64,000 nt of DNA, from positions 10,301 through 74,300 of the forward strand of contig DUQR01000035.1 of NCBI GenBank assembly GCA_012837715.1, in the 5' to 3' direction. The notes under the pieces are model-generated. The model had not been told where the DNA came from. It ran no database searches and saw only the letters and a list, made by a program, of their open reading frames with translations. Within the stretch, counting starts at the first letter, position 1, and each line of letters starts with the position of its first letter. The translations under genes were made by a program, and so were the position numbers. This stretch comes from Bacillota bacterium (GTDB taxonomy: Bacteria > Bacillota > UBA4882 > UBA10575). This document shows, piece after piece, positions 38,586 to 48,078 of the stretch.

Positions 38586-38596
38586 TTGTAATACAA
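38586..38596. promoter_or_regulatory. Candidate GntR-type autoregulatory operator
   Basis: Perfect palindrome TTGTA-A-TACAA lies just downstream of the -10. It fits the GT-N-AC core typical of GntR/FadR operators. Confidence 0.35.
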
Positions 38597-38612
38597 CTAA
38601 CAACTAGGAAGA

Positions 38613-39299
38613 GTGCATAAATTGAAACCAATCGAAAAAAGAGCAAGTTTAAGTCGTCAGGTTTTTGAACAGTTAAAAGAGCAGATTATTACACACAAGT
38701 GGAAACCGGGAGAAAAAATCCCCTCGGAAAACAAATTATCAGAAATGTTCAATGTTAGTCGCGTAACCATCAGAGAAGCATTACAGACCTTAGTTGCTTT
38801 GAACCTGTTAGAAAAAAGGCAGGGCGATGGGACTTTTGTCAAAGAATCATCCGTAGAAGGATATATTGATGCACTCATACCAACGATCATCAATATACAA
38901 CCGAGGCAAGCAATGGCTGTCCATGAATATCGAAAAATTATCGAAGTTGGGGCCATTGAATTAGCGGTTGAGAGAGCTACTGATGAGGATATAGAAGAAT
39001 TAAAGAAAACATTCCACAAAATGGAAGCGTGTCAAGATAACTTAGAAGAATTTGCCTTAGAAGATTTAAATTTTCATTTACTATTATGCCAAATTACCAA
39101 AAATCCCATCATTGAGAAAGCCAATTCATTCCTGAAAGATTATTTACGAGAGAGTATGACCGAGGTGATCAAAGCAATGGGTTCCGAAGGCGGACTGTAT
39201 TACCATGGAAAAATCATTGAGGCTATTGAAGAAAGGGATAAGGAAAAGGCGAAAGAATTAATCAATGCTCATCTTGATAATAATCTAAATTATATTTGA
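38613..39299 (+). CDS. GntR-family (FadR/FCD subfamily) transcriptional regulator
   Basis: Winged-HTH signature G.KIPSENKLSEMFNVSRVTIREALQTL plus a helical FCD-like C-terminus. A consensus sigma-A promoter and a palindrome lie upstream. The gene is markedly AT-rich. Confidence 0.85.
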   Translation: MHKLKPIEKRASLSRQVFEQLKEQIITHKWKPGEKIPSENKLSEMFNVSRVTIREALQTLVALNLLEKRQGDGTFVKESSVEGYIDALIPTIINIQPRQAMAVHEYRKIIEVGAIELAVERATDEDIEELKKTFHKMEACQDNLEEFALEDLNFHLLLCQITKNPIIEKANSFLKDYLRESMTEVIKAMGSEGGLYYHGKIIEAIEERDKEKAKELINAHLDNNLNYI

Positions 39300-39416
39300 A
39301 CCAATTATTTACCATGTTCCTTTTGGTTTATACGTCAACTGGCAACTAACTTCAGAGCATCTCGCTTACTAGATAAAGATTACAGCTCCTAAAGGGATAA
39401 AACCATCGAAGATGAA

Positions 39417-39462
39417 AAGAGGAGAGCTCATTCCGCGCTCCAGGAATAAGCTCTCCTTTAGG
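39417..39462. terminator. Bidirectional terminator between convergent GntR and GH18 genes
   Basis: Long hairpin AGGAGAGCT-C-ATTCC-loop-GGAAT-A-AGCTCTCCT flanked by A-rich and T-rich tracts. Confidence 0.65.
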
Positions 39463-39479
39463 TTTATGCCGACGGATGG

Positions 39480-40772
39480 TCAGAGAACATTCCAGATGCC
39501 GGGGTCTTCATATCCTAAGCGCCAGATGGCTACCCCGCGTAGGTTATACTTATCGATCAATTCCAGTTTGGCAGCGGTGCTTTGGCGGTTTTCATACCAT
39601 ACTTCGTGTTTCACACCGGATTTTGTATAGCTAAAATAAGGTGTTTTATAATGCTCATGCCACTTGGGAACGATCTTATATTTATTGAGCAAGGACTGAA
39701 TCGCCGAATAGTTCAGAGCTTTACCGGAACGATCACTCCAGTCATACCCATAAGCAGCCACTCCCATAACCAACTTTTGGGGGGAAAAATGACGGAGCGA
39801 ATAGTTGATTACTTGTTCCACCCAAGGTTGAGCAGCGACCGGACCCGCCGGACCATTGGCATAGTGTTGATCGTAGCTCATGATCACCGCTAAATCCAGA
39901 TAAGGGGCGATTGCTTGATAATCATAAGCTCCTGACCAAGCCGACCATTCTTCCTTGGCCGTTTTAGCAGGGAGAGCAGCGGTAACCAGCAGATTATTGG
40001 CGTGTAACGTAGCGGACAATTCCCGAAAAAAGGCGGTCAAGTAAGGCCGGTCGGCGACCGGAACCGCTTCAAAGTCAATATTTACTCCGGAATACCCGTT
40101 TTCTTTTAGTAAATTAAGGATCTCCGTAATCGCCTTGCTCCGGGCAGTTTTACTTCTTAACAAGGAACTAACGGTTTCTTTACTAAAGGTGGAAGAGTCA
40201 ATATTCGTTACCACTGCTAAGATCTTGACACCGGCACTTTTGGCAAGCTGTATTAATTGGGGCTTATGCTGTCCGTTAATTTCCCCGTGCTTATTGACAC
40301 GAAATAAAAAGGGAGCAATAGAAGTGATTTTCTTCGTATTCTGAGCAAAAGACTTTAACGCCCTGGAATCACCGGAATAGCTTTCCGCATAGTAACCAAA
40401 AACTTCCCGTTGTTGAAAGGTAGAAGGCACTGTCACATAACCGGGTTTGGCGGCCCACTTCACAATCCAACCGGAATTACCTTGCCCGTCAGTGATTTGG
40501 TACCAGCCGTCCTTTTCTTTCTGCAGGGTAACGGCGGTTCCTTTCGTCAACTGCCGGATCACGTTAGCTTGCGTAACCGGTTCGGAACGCATACTAACCA
40601 CTTCCGCCGAGATTACCGCCGTTGAAAGGGTGGTGGTCTGGTTGGATTGGAACTGCTCACCCCCGGCTACCGGCGGAAATTTTTGATCTGCCCCGTTATT
40701 TCCACCGCCAAATAGAGTTGATGAGAGGTAAACCAGTAGCGCCAGTACAGTGGTAAGAATGTTTTGCTCCAT
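39480..40772 (-). CDS. Secreted/anchored SH3b-domain glycoside hydrolase family 18 (YaaH/YdhD-like peptidoglycan/chitin-type hydrolase)
   Basis: N-terminal hydrophobic anchor, SH3b segment (VVSMRSEP...GWYQITDGQGNSGWI), and a GH18 catalytic strand (GVNIDFE). Confidence 0.8.
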   Translation of the reverse strand: MEQNILTTVLALLVYLSSTLFGGGNNGADQKFPPVAGGEQFQSNQTTTLSTAVISAEVVSMRSEPVTQANVIRQLTKGTAVTLQKEKDGWYQITDGQGNSGWIVKWAAKPGYVTVPSTFQQREVFGYYAESYSGDSRALKSFAQNTKKITSIAPFLFRVNKHGEINGQHKPQLIQLAKSAGVKILAVVTNIDSSTFSKETVSSLLRSKTARSKAITEILNLLKENGYSGVNIDFEAVPVADRPYLTAFFRELSATLHANNLLVTAALPAKTAKEEWSAWSGAYDYQAIAPYLDLAVIMSYDQHYANGPAGPVAAQPWVEQVINYSLRHFSPQKLVMGVAAYGYDWSDRSGKALNYSAIQSLLNKYKIVPKWHEHYKTPYFSYTKSGVKHEVWYENRQSTAAKLELIDKYNLRGVAIWRLGYEDPGIWNVL

Positions 40773-40930
40773 AATTAACTATCCCTCATGTTAACATAAT
40801 TTACGTTACTTTACTCAACATTCGGCTTTCAGCTTGGAAAACCTTTATGTAGATAAAACCAGATTAGTATAGGATTACAAAATCTCTGACCAATTACTCA
40901 GCCGGGGCCGAATGTTATCCGCTTCGTTTA

Positions 40931-41047
40931 GGCTTTTTGCGTTTCTCTTTGCATCAATAATTCCAACACAATATATTAATCGTCCGATTGAGGATAAACA
41001 CTATATATTGTAATGAAAGCCAATCGAACGGTGCAACGCAAAAAGCT
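40931..41047 (-). repeat. Intergenic repeat family, copy E (full length, inverted orientation)
   Basis: GGCTTTTTGCGTTTCTCTTTGCATCAATAATTCC...GGTGCAACGCAAAAAGCT. It has a perfect 12-nt terminal inverted repeat (40932-40943 and 41035-41046). Confidence 0.85.
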
Positions 41048-41288
41048 TTGCCCCGAATCCTCTGGCAGGAAATTCAGGTCGAATGGAGAATACCGTTTGG
41101 CCCGAGCGAAAGATGGAACAGGCTTCAATTTTTCATTCTTTATTGTGCGGGCCGTGGCTAGCGCGCGACTTTTTAGTAAAGAATTGATTTCATAATCGAG
41201 TAAAGAAAGGGGTTTTCTTTCCCGATCGCGAATAGGCGAATAATATCGGTTTCTTGACCGTCGAAACAACAATCAAGGCCCGCCGTGT

Positions 41289-42638
41289 ATGATCGAAGAA
41301 CCGATCATGAAAAATAAGTTATACAAGAAGAGAATGGGGAGTTTTCAACAGATGCTTAGTCGGACAAAATTGGATAACGGCTTAACGGTGGTTTATGAAC
41401 AGATCCCAAACGTCCGTTCCGTGGCGATTGGTTTTTGGGTTACCTGTGGTTCTCGGAACGAAGCCCATGATGAACAAGGAATCTCTCATCTGATCGAACA
41501 TATGCTTTTTAAAGGAACAAAACAGCGGTCGGCACGGAAAATCGCCGAAACCATTGATGCGGTTGGTGGAATTTTAAATGCTTTTACCACTAAAGAATAT
41601 ACTTGTTATTATGTGAAAATCTTGGACCAGCATTTACGTCTGGGCTTGGATTTACTGGCCGATATGGTGATAAATTCCTTGTTTGCCGAAGAAGAACTGG
41701 AAAAAGAGAAAAATGTCATTTTGGAAGAGCTTCGGATGTATGAAGACAATCCCGATGAATTAATCTATGATTTGTTAGTTGAAGCCTTACTCAAAGATCA
41801 CCCCTTAGGCCACCCGATTCTAGGAACGCCGGAAAGTATCGCCCAGATTGACCGAAATAAGTTAATCCACTATAAAGAAGGTTATTATACAGCGGAAAAT
41901 TCCTGTTTGGCAATCGCCGGCAATTTCGAGGTCAGCCAGCTTCTGGAGGAGAGTAATCATTTTTGGCAGCAGCTACCCAAGAATCTTCCACTAGTCCAAA
42001 ATTGCCCGGTCCAGACAAGGGGGACCACTTGTTTACGACGGAAAGAAACCGAACAGGTTCATCTTTGTGTTGGGGTTCCCGGTTTTCACCGGCATCATCA
42101 AGATCGCTATCCTTTGTTGGTGCTCAACAACATCCTGGGTGGAAGCTCATCCTCCCGTTTATTCCAGGAGTTAAGGGAAGAAAGGGGCTTGGTCTATTCG
42201 ACCGGAGCTTACTATGGGGCCTTTCGTGATACCGGTATCTTCTCCATCTACGCCGGAACCAGTATTAAGAATTTCCCACAAGTGCTCTCTTTAATCCGGG
42301 AAGAATTGAACCGGCTCCAAAAAGAAGCGGTTCCGGCCGAAGAATTAGCTCGAGCGAAAGAACAGATCAAAGGTAACCTCTGGCTGAGTCTGGAAAACAC
42401 GATTAACCGGATGAGTCGGTTAGCCAAATCAGAGTTATTTTATGGCCGTTTTCTCCCTCCAGAAGAAGTTTTAGCGAAAGTAGAAAAGGTAACAGCGGAA
42501 GATATAATCCGTCTTTCCCGGCTCCTTTTTGAAAAAGACCAGTTAACACTAATGGCGCTCGGCCCTTTCCAAAAAAATAAGACCGAAGAATATTTAAAAG
42601 GATGGAAGTTAAATGTCCCTTCTGCAAGTAAAAGTTAA
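41289..42638 (+). CDS. M16-family zinc peptidase (insulinase-like, YmxG/MlpA-like)
   Basis: Inverted zinc motif [11 protein letters not shown] (HxxEH) with two M16 halves. The exact start is uncertain because there are several in-frame ATGs. Confidence 0.85.
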   Translation: MIEEPIMKNKLYKKRMGSFQQMLSRTKLDNGLTVVYEQIPNVRSVAIGFWVTCGSRNEAHDEQGISHLIEHMLFKGTKQRSARKIAETIDAVGGILNAFTTKEYTCYYVKILDQHLRLGLDLLADMVINSLFAEEELEKEKNVILEELRMYEDNPDELIYDLLVEALLKDHPLGHPILGTPESIAQIDRNKLIHYKEGYYTAENSCLAIAGNFEVSQLLEESNHFWQQLPKNLPLVQNCPVQTRGTTCLRRKETEQVHLCVGVPGFHRHHQDRYPLLVLNNILGGSSSSRLFQELREERGLVYSTGAYYGAFRDTGIFSIYAGTSIKNFPQVLSLIREELNRLQKEAVPAEELARAKEQIKGNLWLSLENTINRMSRLAKSELFYGRFLPPEEVLAKVEKVTAEDIIRLSRLLFEKDQLTLMALGPFQKNKTEEYLKGWKLNVPSASKS

Positions 42639-43062
42639 GCAGTTGGCCCATGCGGCCGACTTACCTTTACCCCGGTATATGACGGCCGGCGCTTCAGGAA
42701 TGGATCTGTTGGCTGCGGTTAACGAAGAGGTGTCGATTCCCACCGGGGGGGTTGCTTTAATCCCAACCGGATTGACGATCGCCCTTCCAGTCGGATATGA
42801 AGCCCAAATCCGCCCCAGAAGCGGATTAGCTGCCAAGTATGGGGTGACCCTCTTAAATACACCAGGAACCATCGATCAGGATTACCGGGGTGAGATCAAG
42901 GCTCTTCTGATTAACCATGGCCCCAACTGTTTTAAAGTTAAGCGGGGTGACCGCATTGCTCAGCTGGTCATCGCACCAGTGGCGCGGGTGGAGTTGATCC
43001 CCAGTTCCGACTTGGAAGAGACAGCTAGAGGCGCAGGGGGGTTCGGCCATACCGGCCGTTGA
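42613..43062 (+). CDS. dut: dUTP diphosphatase
   Basis: Motifs [25 protein letters not shown] and [10 protein letters not shown]. Confidence 0.93.
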   Translation: MSLLQVKVKQLAHAADLPLPRYMTAGASGMDLLAAVNEEVSIPTGGVALIPTGLTIALPVGYEAQIRPRSGLAAKYGVTLLNTPGTIDQDYRGEIKALLINHGPNCFKVKRGDRIAQLVIAPVARVELIPSSDLEETARGAGGFGHTGR

Positions 43063-43083
43063 CGAATAGGAAGATCAGCTCTT

Positions 43084-43413
43084 TTACTTAAGGGTTGAGG
43101 GCATAATAAGATCGACTAAGCCTATGAGCAAGGCCGCAAGGATCAGACCTAACCAAGAAAGATTAATCTTCAAAAACACTTTAATGAAGATTAGGCCGCC
43201 CAAGGATAGAAAAAAGCTGATCAGGCCGGAGGTAAAAGGTAATATTTCTTTTTTAAGAACTAAGGTTTCCACCAGACAACTAAGGCTGGCAATGATCAAC
43301 CCGGCGAGGGCGGCCGTAGAAACCGGAAGCACCGAAAAGACTGGCAAGAGATAACCAAGGCCAAAGACGACCAAGAAAACGTTGATCAACCGAAACGCTA
43401 AACGCCAGAACAA
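43084..43413 (-). CDS. Small hypothetical membrane protein (3-4 TM helices)
   Basis: Entirely hydrophobic 109-aa ORF. No family confidently recognised. Confidence 0.55.
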   Translation of the reverse strand: MFWRLAFRLINVFLVVFGLGYLLPVFSVLPVSTAALAGLIIASLSCLVETLVLKKEILPFTSGLISFFLSLGGLIFIKVFLKINLSWLGLILAALLIGLVDLIMPSTLK

Positions 43414-43568
43414 AGTCGAATCCTCCCTTCGACTCTATTCTCTCCGCTTTTTTCTATTAAGGTTGGCTTAAAAATTATCCATTTATTCAATTCAGCAATT
43501 CTCTCCGCGAGGAAGGAAAGGGGAAACTATATCGATGCCAATTATCTTTGCCAAAGTAAGGATTCGCT

Positions 43569-44927
43569 GTGCCTAAAAAGAATCCAGGAGCGGTTATTGC
43601 TTCCGTCGCCCCCCGTAGTTTAGGGGAGCGTCTTGGGTTGCAGGCCGGTGACGTGATCGTTAAACTGAACGGGAAGCAGATCCCCGATCTCATCGCTTAT
43701 GAGCTAGAAGAAGCCCAAGAAAACCTGGTCATCGAAGTAGAGAAAGTAAACGGGGAATATTGGGAGTACGAAGTGGAGAAAAACGAGACAGAAGGCTTGG
43801 GGATAACCTTTACGACCGCAGTTTTTGATGGGATTAGACCCTGCCGCAACCACTGTCTATTCTGCTTTGTCGATCAAATGCCACGGGGGCAACGACCGTC
43901 TTTATACATAAAAGATGATGATTACCGTCTTTCTTTCTTACAAGGAAGTTATATCACGTTGACCAATCTGACCGATGCCGATTGGGAACGGATTCACCGC
44001 CTCCGTTTAAGCCCGCTTTACATTTCAGTACATGCCACCGATCCGCAGGTGAGAAAGGAACTCTTAGGTAACGACCGAGCCGGTGATGTTCTTGCGCAAC
44101 TACGTCAACTGGCGGCGTGGGGAGGATACTTCCATACTCAAGCCGTTCTTTGTCCCGGACTTAATGATGGCTTGGTCCTGGAGCATACCATCACCGAGCT
44201 GGGCGAGTTTTGGCCCAACTTACGCAGTATCGCCATCGTTCCGGTGGGACTGACCGGCCACCGCGCCCACTTAACCCCTTTACGGAAGTTTCAGCCGGGG
44301 GAGGCAAAAGCGGTATTACGGATCGTCCATCGTGCTCAAGAGCGTTTTATGTCAGCCTATGGCAGTCGGCTGGTCTTTCCTGCCGATGAATTTTATCTCC
44401 AGGCCATGGAGGAATTCCCACCAGTGGAAGCCTATGAAGATCTACTTCAACTGGAAAATGGGATTGGATTATGGCCCTTATTCAAAGCCCAATTTATCAA
44501 CGCATTGGAAAAATTCCGTAGGGAAGGGCCGCGGAGAGGGAAACCCAGTCACTTTCTGGTTATTACCGGAACCGATGCGGCCAAATTATGGCAAGAGCTC
44601 CGGGCCTTAATCGAACCCGTTTTTCCCTGGGTCAAGATCCATATATTACCGGTAACCAATTATTTTTTTGGCCCGGAAGTTACCGTTACGGGACTGGTCA
44701 CGGGGGAGGATATCTGCCGCGCCCTCACCAGGACAGATCTGAAAAACAGTCCCCTTCTTTTACTACCCAGGGTAATGTTACGCCACCCGGAAAACGTTTT
44801 TTTAGACGGCATGACCCTGCAGCAATTGCAGGCAAAAGTTCCCCTTCCGATTAAAGTAATCGATGTCGATGGGGAGGAAGTTGTCAAGACCTTACTTGGA
44901 ATAAGCTTTTTCCGTTCTGACCAATAA
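43569..44927 (+). CDS. PDZ-domain radical SAM protein (DUF512 family, function unknown)
   Basis: N-terminal PDZ (LGLQAGDVIVKLNGKQI) and cluster motif CRNHCLFCF (CX3CX2C). It sits immediately upstream of der, as in many Firmicutes. Confidence 0.8.
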   Translation: MPKKNPGAVIASVAPRSLGERLGLQAGDVIVKLNGKQIPDLIAYELEEAQENLVIEVEKVNGEYWEYEVEKNETEGLGITFTTAVFDGIRPCRNHCLFCFVDQMPRGQRPSLYIKDDDYRLSFLQGSYITLTNLTDADWERIHRLRLSPLYISVHATDPQVRKELLGNDRAGDVLAQLRQLAAWGGYFHTQAVLCPGLNDGLVLEHTITELGEFWPNLRSIAIVPVGLTGHRAHLTPLRKFQPGEAKAVLRIVHRAQERFMSAYGSRLVFPADEFYLQAMEEFPPVEAYEDLLQLENGIGLWPLFKAQFINALEKFRREGPRRGKPSHFLVITGTDAAKLWQELRALIEPVFPWVKIHILPVTNYFFGPEVTVTGLVTGEDICRALTRTDLKNSPLLLLPRVMLRHPENVFLDGMTLQQLQAKVPLPIKVIDVDGEEVVKTLLGISFFRSDQ

Positions 44928-44957
44928 AAAAGAGTCCTATCCAATATATAGTGTTCA

Positions 44958-45019
44958 GCTTAACTTGGGCGATCAATTATTGTATTGGAATTATTTGAGC
45001 AAAAAGAACGCAAAAAGCC
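44958..45019 (+). repeat. Intergenic repeat family, copy F (3' half)
   Basis: GCTTAACTTGGGCGATCAATTATTGTATTGGAATTATTTGAGCAAAAAGAACGCAAAAAGCC. It ends 20 nt before the der start codon. Confidence 0.75.
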
Positions 45020-45038
45020 CTGGAATGGAGGAGGAGTA

Positions 45039-46349
45039 ATGCCCAAACCCATTGTGGCGATTGTTGGTCGGCCTAACGTTGGTAAATCCACCTTATTCAA
45101 CCGGATTATTGGCGAAAGGGTCGCCATCGTGGAAGGGACCCCGGGAATTACCAGGGATCGTCTGTACCGGGAAACCCAGTGGTTGGAAAGATCCTTTTTA
45201 CTGGTAGATACCGGTGGAATTAGCGGCAACAAAAACGACCCTTTCACCGTCAAAGTATATAACCAGGCGAAAATAGCGATCGAAGAAGCCGATGTTATTT
45301 GGTTTGTAGTTGATGCCCGGGAGGGTCTTCACCCCTTGGATCAAGAGATTGCCGAGATCCTGCGTAAAACCAAAAAACCCTTAATTTTAGTGGGAAACAA
45401 AGCCGATACTTATGACCCGGCACTGGCCAGTGATTTTTATCCCCTCGGGTTCGGACCGCCCATCTTAATCTCGGCTGAACATGGGTTAAACCTTGGTGAT
45501 CTTCTGGAGCGAACCGTAGCCGAATTCCCGGACGGGCAAGAGGAAGAGGAAGAAGCAATCCGGGTCGCCTTGATTGGCCGTCCAAACAGTGGAAAGTCTT
45601 CACTCCTCAACGCCTTGTTGGGTGAAGAAAGGACCATTGTGAGCTCGATTCCGGGTACTACACGCGATGCGATTGATACTCCCCTTCAACACGAAGGGAT
45701 CAATTACATTCTGGTCGATACAGCCGGAATCCGCCGGAAAGCGAGGGTCGAAGAAGCTGTCGAGTATTATAGTGTGCTCCGGGCTATTCGGGCAGTCGAA
45801 AGGGCTGATGTGGCCCTTGTGATCCTCGATGCCACCGACTTCTTGGCCGAACAGGACAAAAAAGTGGCCGGAATTGCCCATGAGGCCGGAAAGGCGGTCG
45901 TAATCGCGGTCAATAAGTGGGATCTAGTGGAGAAAGACGACCGGACCGCCCAAGACTATTTGGAAAAAATCCGCCGGGAACTCTCTTTTTTAGATTATGC
46001 TCCGGTCCTCTTTATTTCGGCGAAAACTGGGCAAAGAATCACCCGAATTTTACCTGAGGTTTTTACGGTCGCTAATGAATATACCAAGCGGATTCCGACG
46101 CGGGTTTTAAACGAACTGCTGCGGGAAGCCCTTCTTCGACACCAACCACCGGCCCATAAAGGTAAACAACTAAAAGTCTATTATGCAACGCAAATTAAGG
46201 TCAAGCCGCCCACGTTTCAACTATGGGTGAATGATCCAGCGTTAATGCATTTTTCTTTTCGCCGGTTTTTAGAGAACCAACTGAGATCGGCTTTTGGTTT
46301 CACCGGATCGCCCATACATTTTTTAGTCAGAAAAAGAACAAAGGCTTGA
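45039..46349 (+). CDS. der: Ribosome-associated GTPase Der/EngA (double G domain + KH-like)
   Basis: Two P-loops (GRPNVGKST and GRPNSGKSS) and a GGAGGAGG RBS. The track's 18-codon N-terminal extension is translated repeat sequence. Confidence 0.95.
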   Translation: MPKPIVAIVGRPNVGKSTLFNRIIGERVAIVEGTPGITRDRLYRETQWLERSFLLVDTGGISGNKNDPFTVKVYNQAKIAIEEADVIWFVVDAREGLHPLDQEIAEILRKTKKPLILVGNKADTYDPALASDFYPLGFGPPILISAEHGLNLGDLLERTVAEFPDGQEEEEEAIRVALIGRPNSGKSSLLNALLGEERTIVSSIPGTTRDAIDTPLQHEGINYILVDTAGIRRKARVEEAVEYYSVLRAIRAVERADVALVILDATDFLAEQDKKVAGIAHEAGKAVVIAVNKWDLVEKDDRTAQDYLEKIRRELSFLDYAPVLFISAKTGQRITRILPEVFTVANEYTKRIPTRVLNELLREALLRHQPPAHKGKQLKVYYATQIKVKPPTFQLWVNDPALMHFSFRRFLENQLRSAFGFTGSPIHFLVRKRTKA

Positions 46350-46364
46350 CAATAAAGAGCGGGA

Positions 46365-46979
46365 GTGGACATGATGCGGACAGGATTGATACTCTTCTCC
46401 AGTTATTTGATCGGGGGAACGTTGTTCGGCGAAGTGATCGCGCTTATTTCCCGGGTCGACCTACGTAAAAAGGGCAGCGGTAACCCAGGGGCTACCAATG
46501 TCTATCGTATCTTAGGACCGATCTTCGGGATCTTAGTTTTAATTGGTGATACTATAAAGGGCATTGCCGGAACTCTGATCAGCGGTTGGCTGGGGCAACC
46601 AGAAATTGCTCCCTGGTGCGGTTTGGCGGTGATTGGCGGCCACAATTGGCCTTTACAATTTAAATTTCAGGGTGGAAAGGGCATTGCCACCTCTTTTGGC
46701 GTCATTATCGTCTTGGTTCCCGAGACTTTATTCATCCTAGCCCCCCTTTGGCTTCTCACTTTAGTGCTCTCGGGTTATGTTTCCCTTGCTTCAATGGTTG
46801 CCGCTTTTGCCCTCCCCTGGAGTTGTCTCCTTTTTTATCCGGGAGAACCCAATATCTTGATCTTTGCCACGTTGGTCGGCGCTTTGGCTATTTTTCGGCA
46901 TCGGGCTAATATCCAACGCATCATTAATGGAACCGAAAACCGTATTTTTCGGAAAAAAGCTAGGGAGGAAAAGGAATGA
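46365..46979 (+). CDS. plsY: Acyl-phosphate glycerol-3-phosphate acyltransferase PlsY
   Basis: GSGNPGATNV and HNWP..F.GGKG motifs in a polytopic protein. Confidence 0.92.
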   Translation: MDMMRTGLILFSSYLIGGTLFGEVIALISRVDLRKKGSGNPGATNVYRILGPIFGILVLIGDTIKGIAGTLISGWLGQPEIAPWCGLAVIGGHNWPLQFKFQGGKGIATSFGVIIVLVPETLFILAPLWLLTLVLSGYVSLASMVAAFALPWSCLLFYPGEPNILIFATLVGALAIFRHRANIQRIINGTENRIFRKKAREEKE

Positions 46980-47983
46980 AAGTCGGAGTAGTCGGAGCAG
47001 GAGGTTGGGGTACCGCCCTTGCTAAACTATTAGCGGAAAACGGACATCAGGTTAAAATTTGGGCCTACGAACGGGAAACAAAAGAAGAGATTAACCGTTT
47101 ACATACCAATGAACAGTTTCTTTCCGGAGTAGTATTGCCGCCGACTTTAACGGCCAGTAACGATCCGGCAGAAGTAGCCAGTGAAGCAGAGGTGCTTACT
47201 TTTGTCGTTCCTTCGCAGTGGTTACGGCACACGGTCAAACTTTTTAAAGATTATCTCTCCCCCGAAGTAGTAGTGGTGAATGCGGGAAAAGGGATCGAAA
47301 TCCAGACTTTAAAAACCTTATCCCAAGTCATAAAAGATGAATTGCCCGGACTTCACCACGAAATTGTCACGCTGTCGGGGCCTAATCATTCTGAAGAAGT
47401 CGGCCGCCGCCAACCCTCAGCCACCGTTGTTGCCGCCCCTGATTTAAAAGTAGCCGAATTTGTGCAAGATGTCTTTATTTCACCCTACTTACGTGTTTAT
47501 ACCAATTTAGACCGGTTAGGGGTAGAAATTGGGGGCGCATTAAAGAATATTTTCTCCATGGCCGCAGGCATTTGCGAAGGGTTAAACTATGGCGATAATA
47601 CAAAAGCCGCTCTGGTCACTAGAGCCTTGGCGGAAATGCGCCGTTTAGGGGTGATGATGGGGGCGGAAGCCTTAACCTTTTCCGGCTTATCAGGCCTAGG
47701 CGATCTCTTTGTCACCGCGGCTAGTCGGCATAGCCGGAACGCCTGGGCCGGTCGGGAACTCGGGAAAGGACGTTCCCTCGAGGAAATTTTGGCTTCAACA
47801 CCAATGGTGGTGGAAGGGGTGCCAACGACCAAGGCCGCCTATACACTAAGCCAAAAATTCCAGGTTGAATTACCAATTATCGAGAAAATGTATCAGGTTT
47901 TGTTTGAAAACTACCCCGCCCGGCAAGGGGTGGAGGATCTAATGATCCGGGAACGCCGATCGGAAATTGAAGCTATTTTCTGA
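46976..47983 (+). CDS. gpsA: NAD(P)H-dependent glycerol-3-phosphate dehydrogenase
   Basis: GAGGWGTALA Rossmann motif and GALKN motif. The start forms an ATGA overlap with plsY. Confidence 0.95.
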   Translation: MKVGVVGAGGWGTALAKLLAENGHQVKIWAYERETKEEINRLHTNEQFLSGVVLPPTLTASNDPAEVASEAEVLTFVVPSQWLRHTVKLFKDYLSPEVVVVNAGKGIEIQTLKTLSQVIKDELPGLHHEIVTLSGPNHSEEVGRRQPSATVVAAPDLKVAEFVQDVFISPYLRVYTNLDRLGVEIGGALKNIFSMAAGICEGLNYGDNTKAALVTRALAEMRRLGVMMGAEALTFSGLSGLGDLFVTAASRHSRNAWAGRELGKGRSLEEILASTPMVVEGVPTTKAAYTLSQKFQVELPIIEKMYQVLFENYPARQGVEDLMIRERRSEIEAIF

Positions 47984-48078
47984 CCAATTCTACGGTTTCC
48001 AGCAATTACGCAAAAGGATTCCCTTTCTCCTCTGGCGAATAAGAGAGTAAATCCTGCGATAGGAAGGGGAGGTAAGGA

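Noticed and set aside
38101-38612. Considered OLE RNA (given the neighbouring 4-TM protein), RNase P RNA, tmRNA and SRP RNA for the non-coding gap.
   Set aside because: The hallmark motifs are missing: no GAGGAAAGTCC, no tRNA-like CCA end with a tag ORF, and no SRP domain IV motif. The gap is too short, and the membrane gene is on the wrong side and in the wrong orientation for the OLE-oapA arrangement as I recall it.
40976-41272. 98-aa minus-strand ORF and 60-aa plus-strand ORF between the GH18 gene and the M16 peptidase gene.
   Set aside because: They overlap repeat copy E and lack an RBS, and their composition is not protein-like. They are more likely non-coding.
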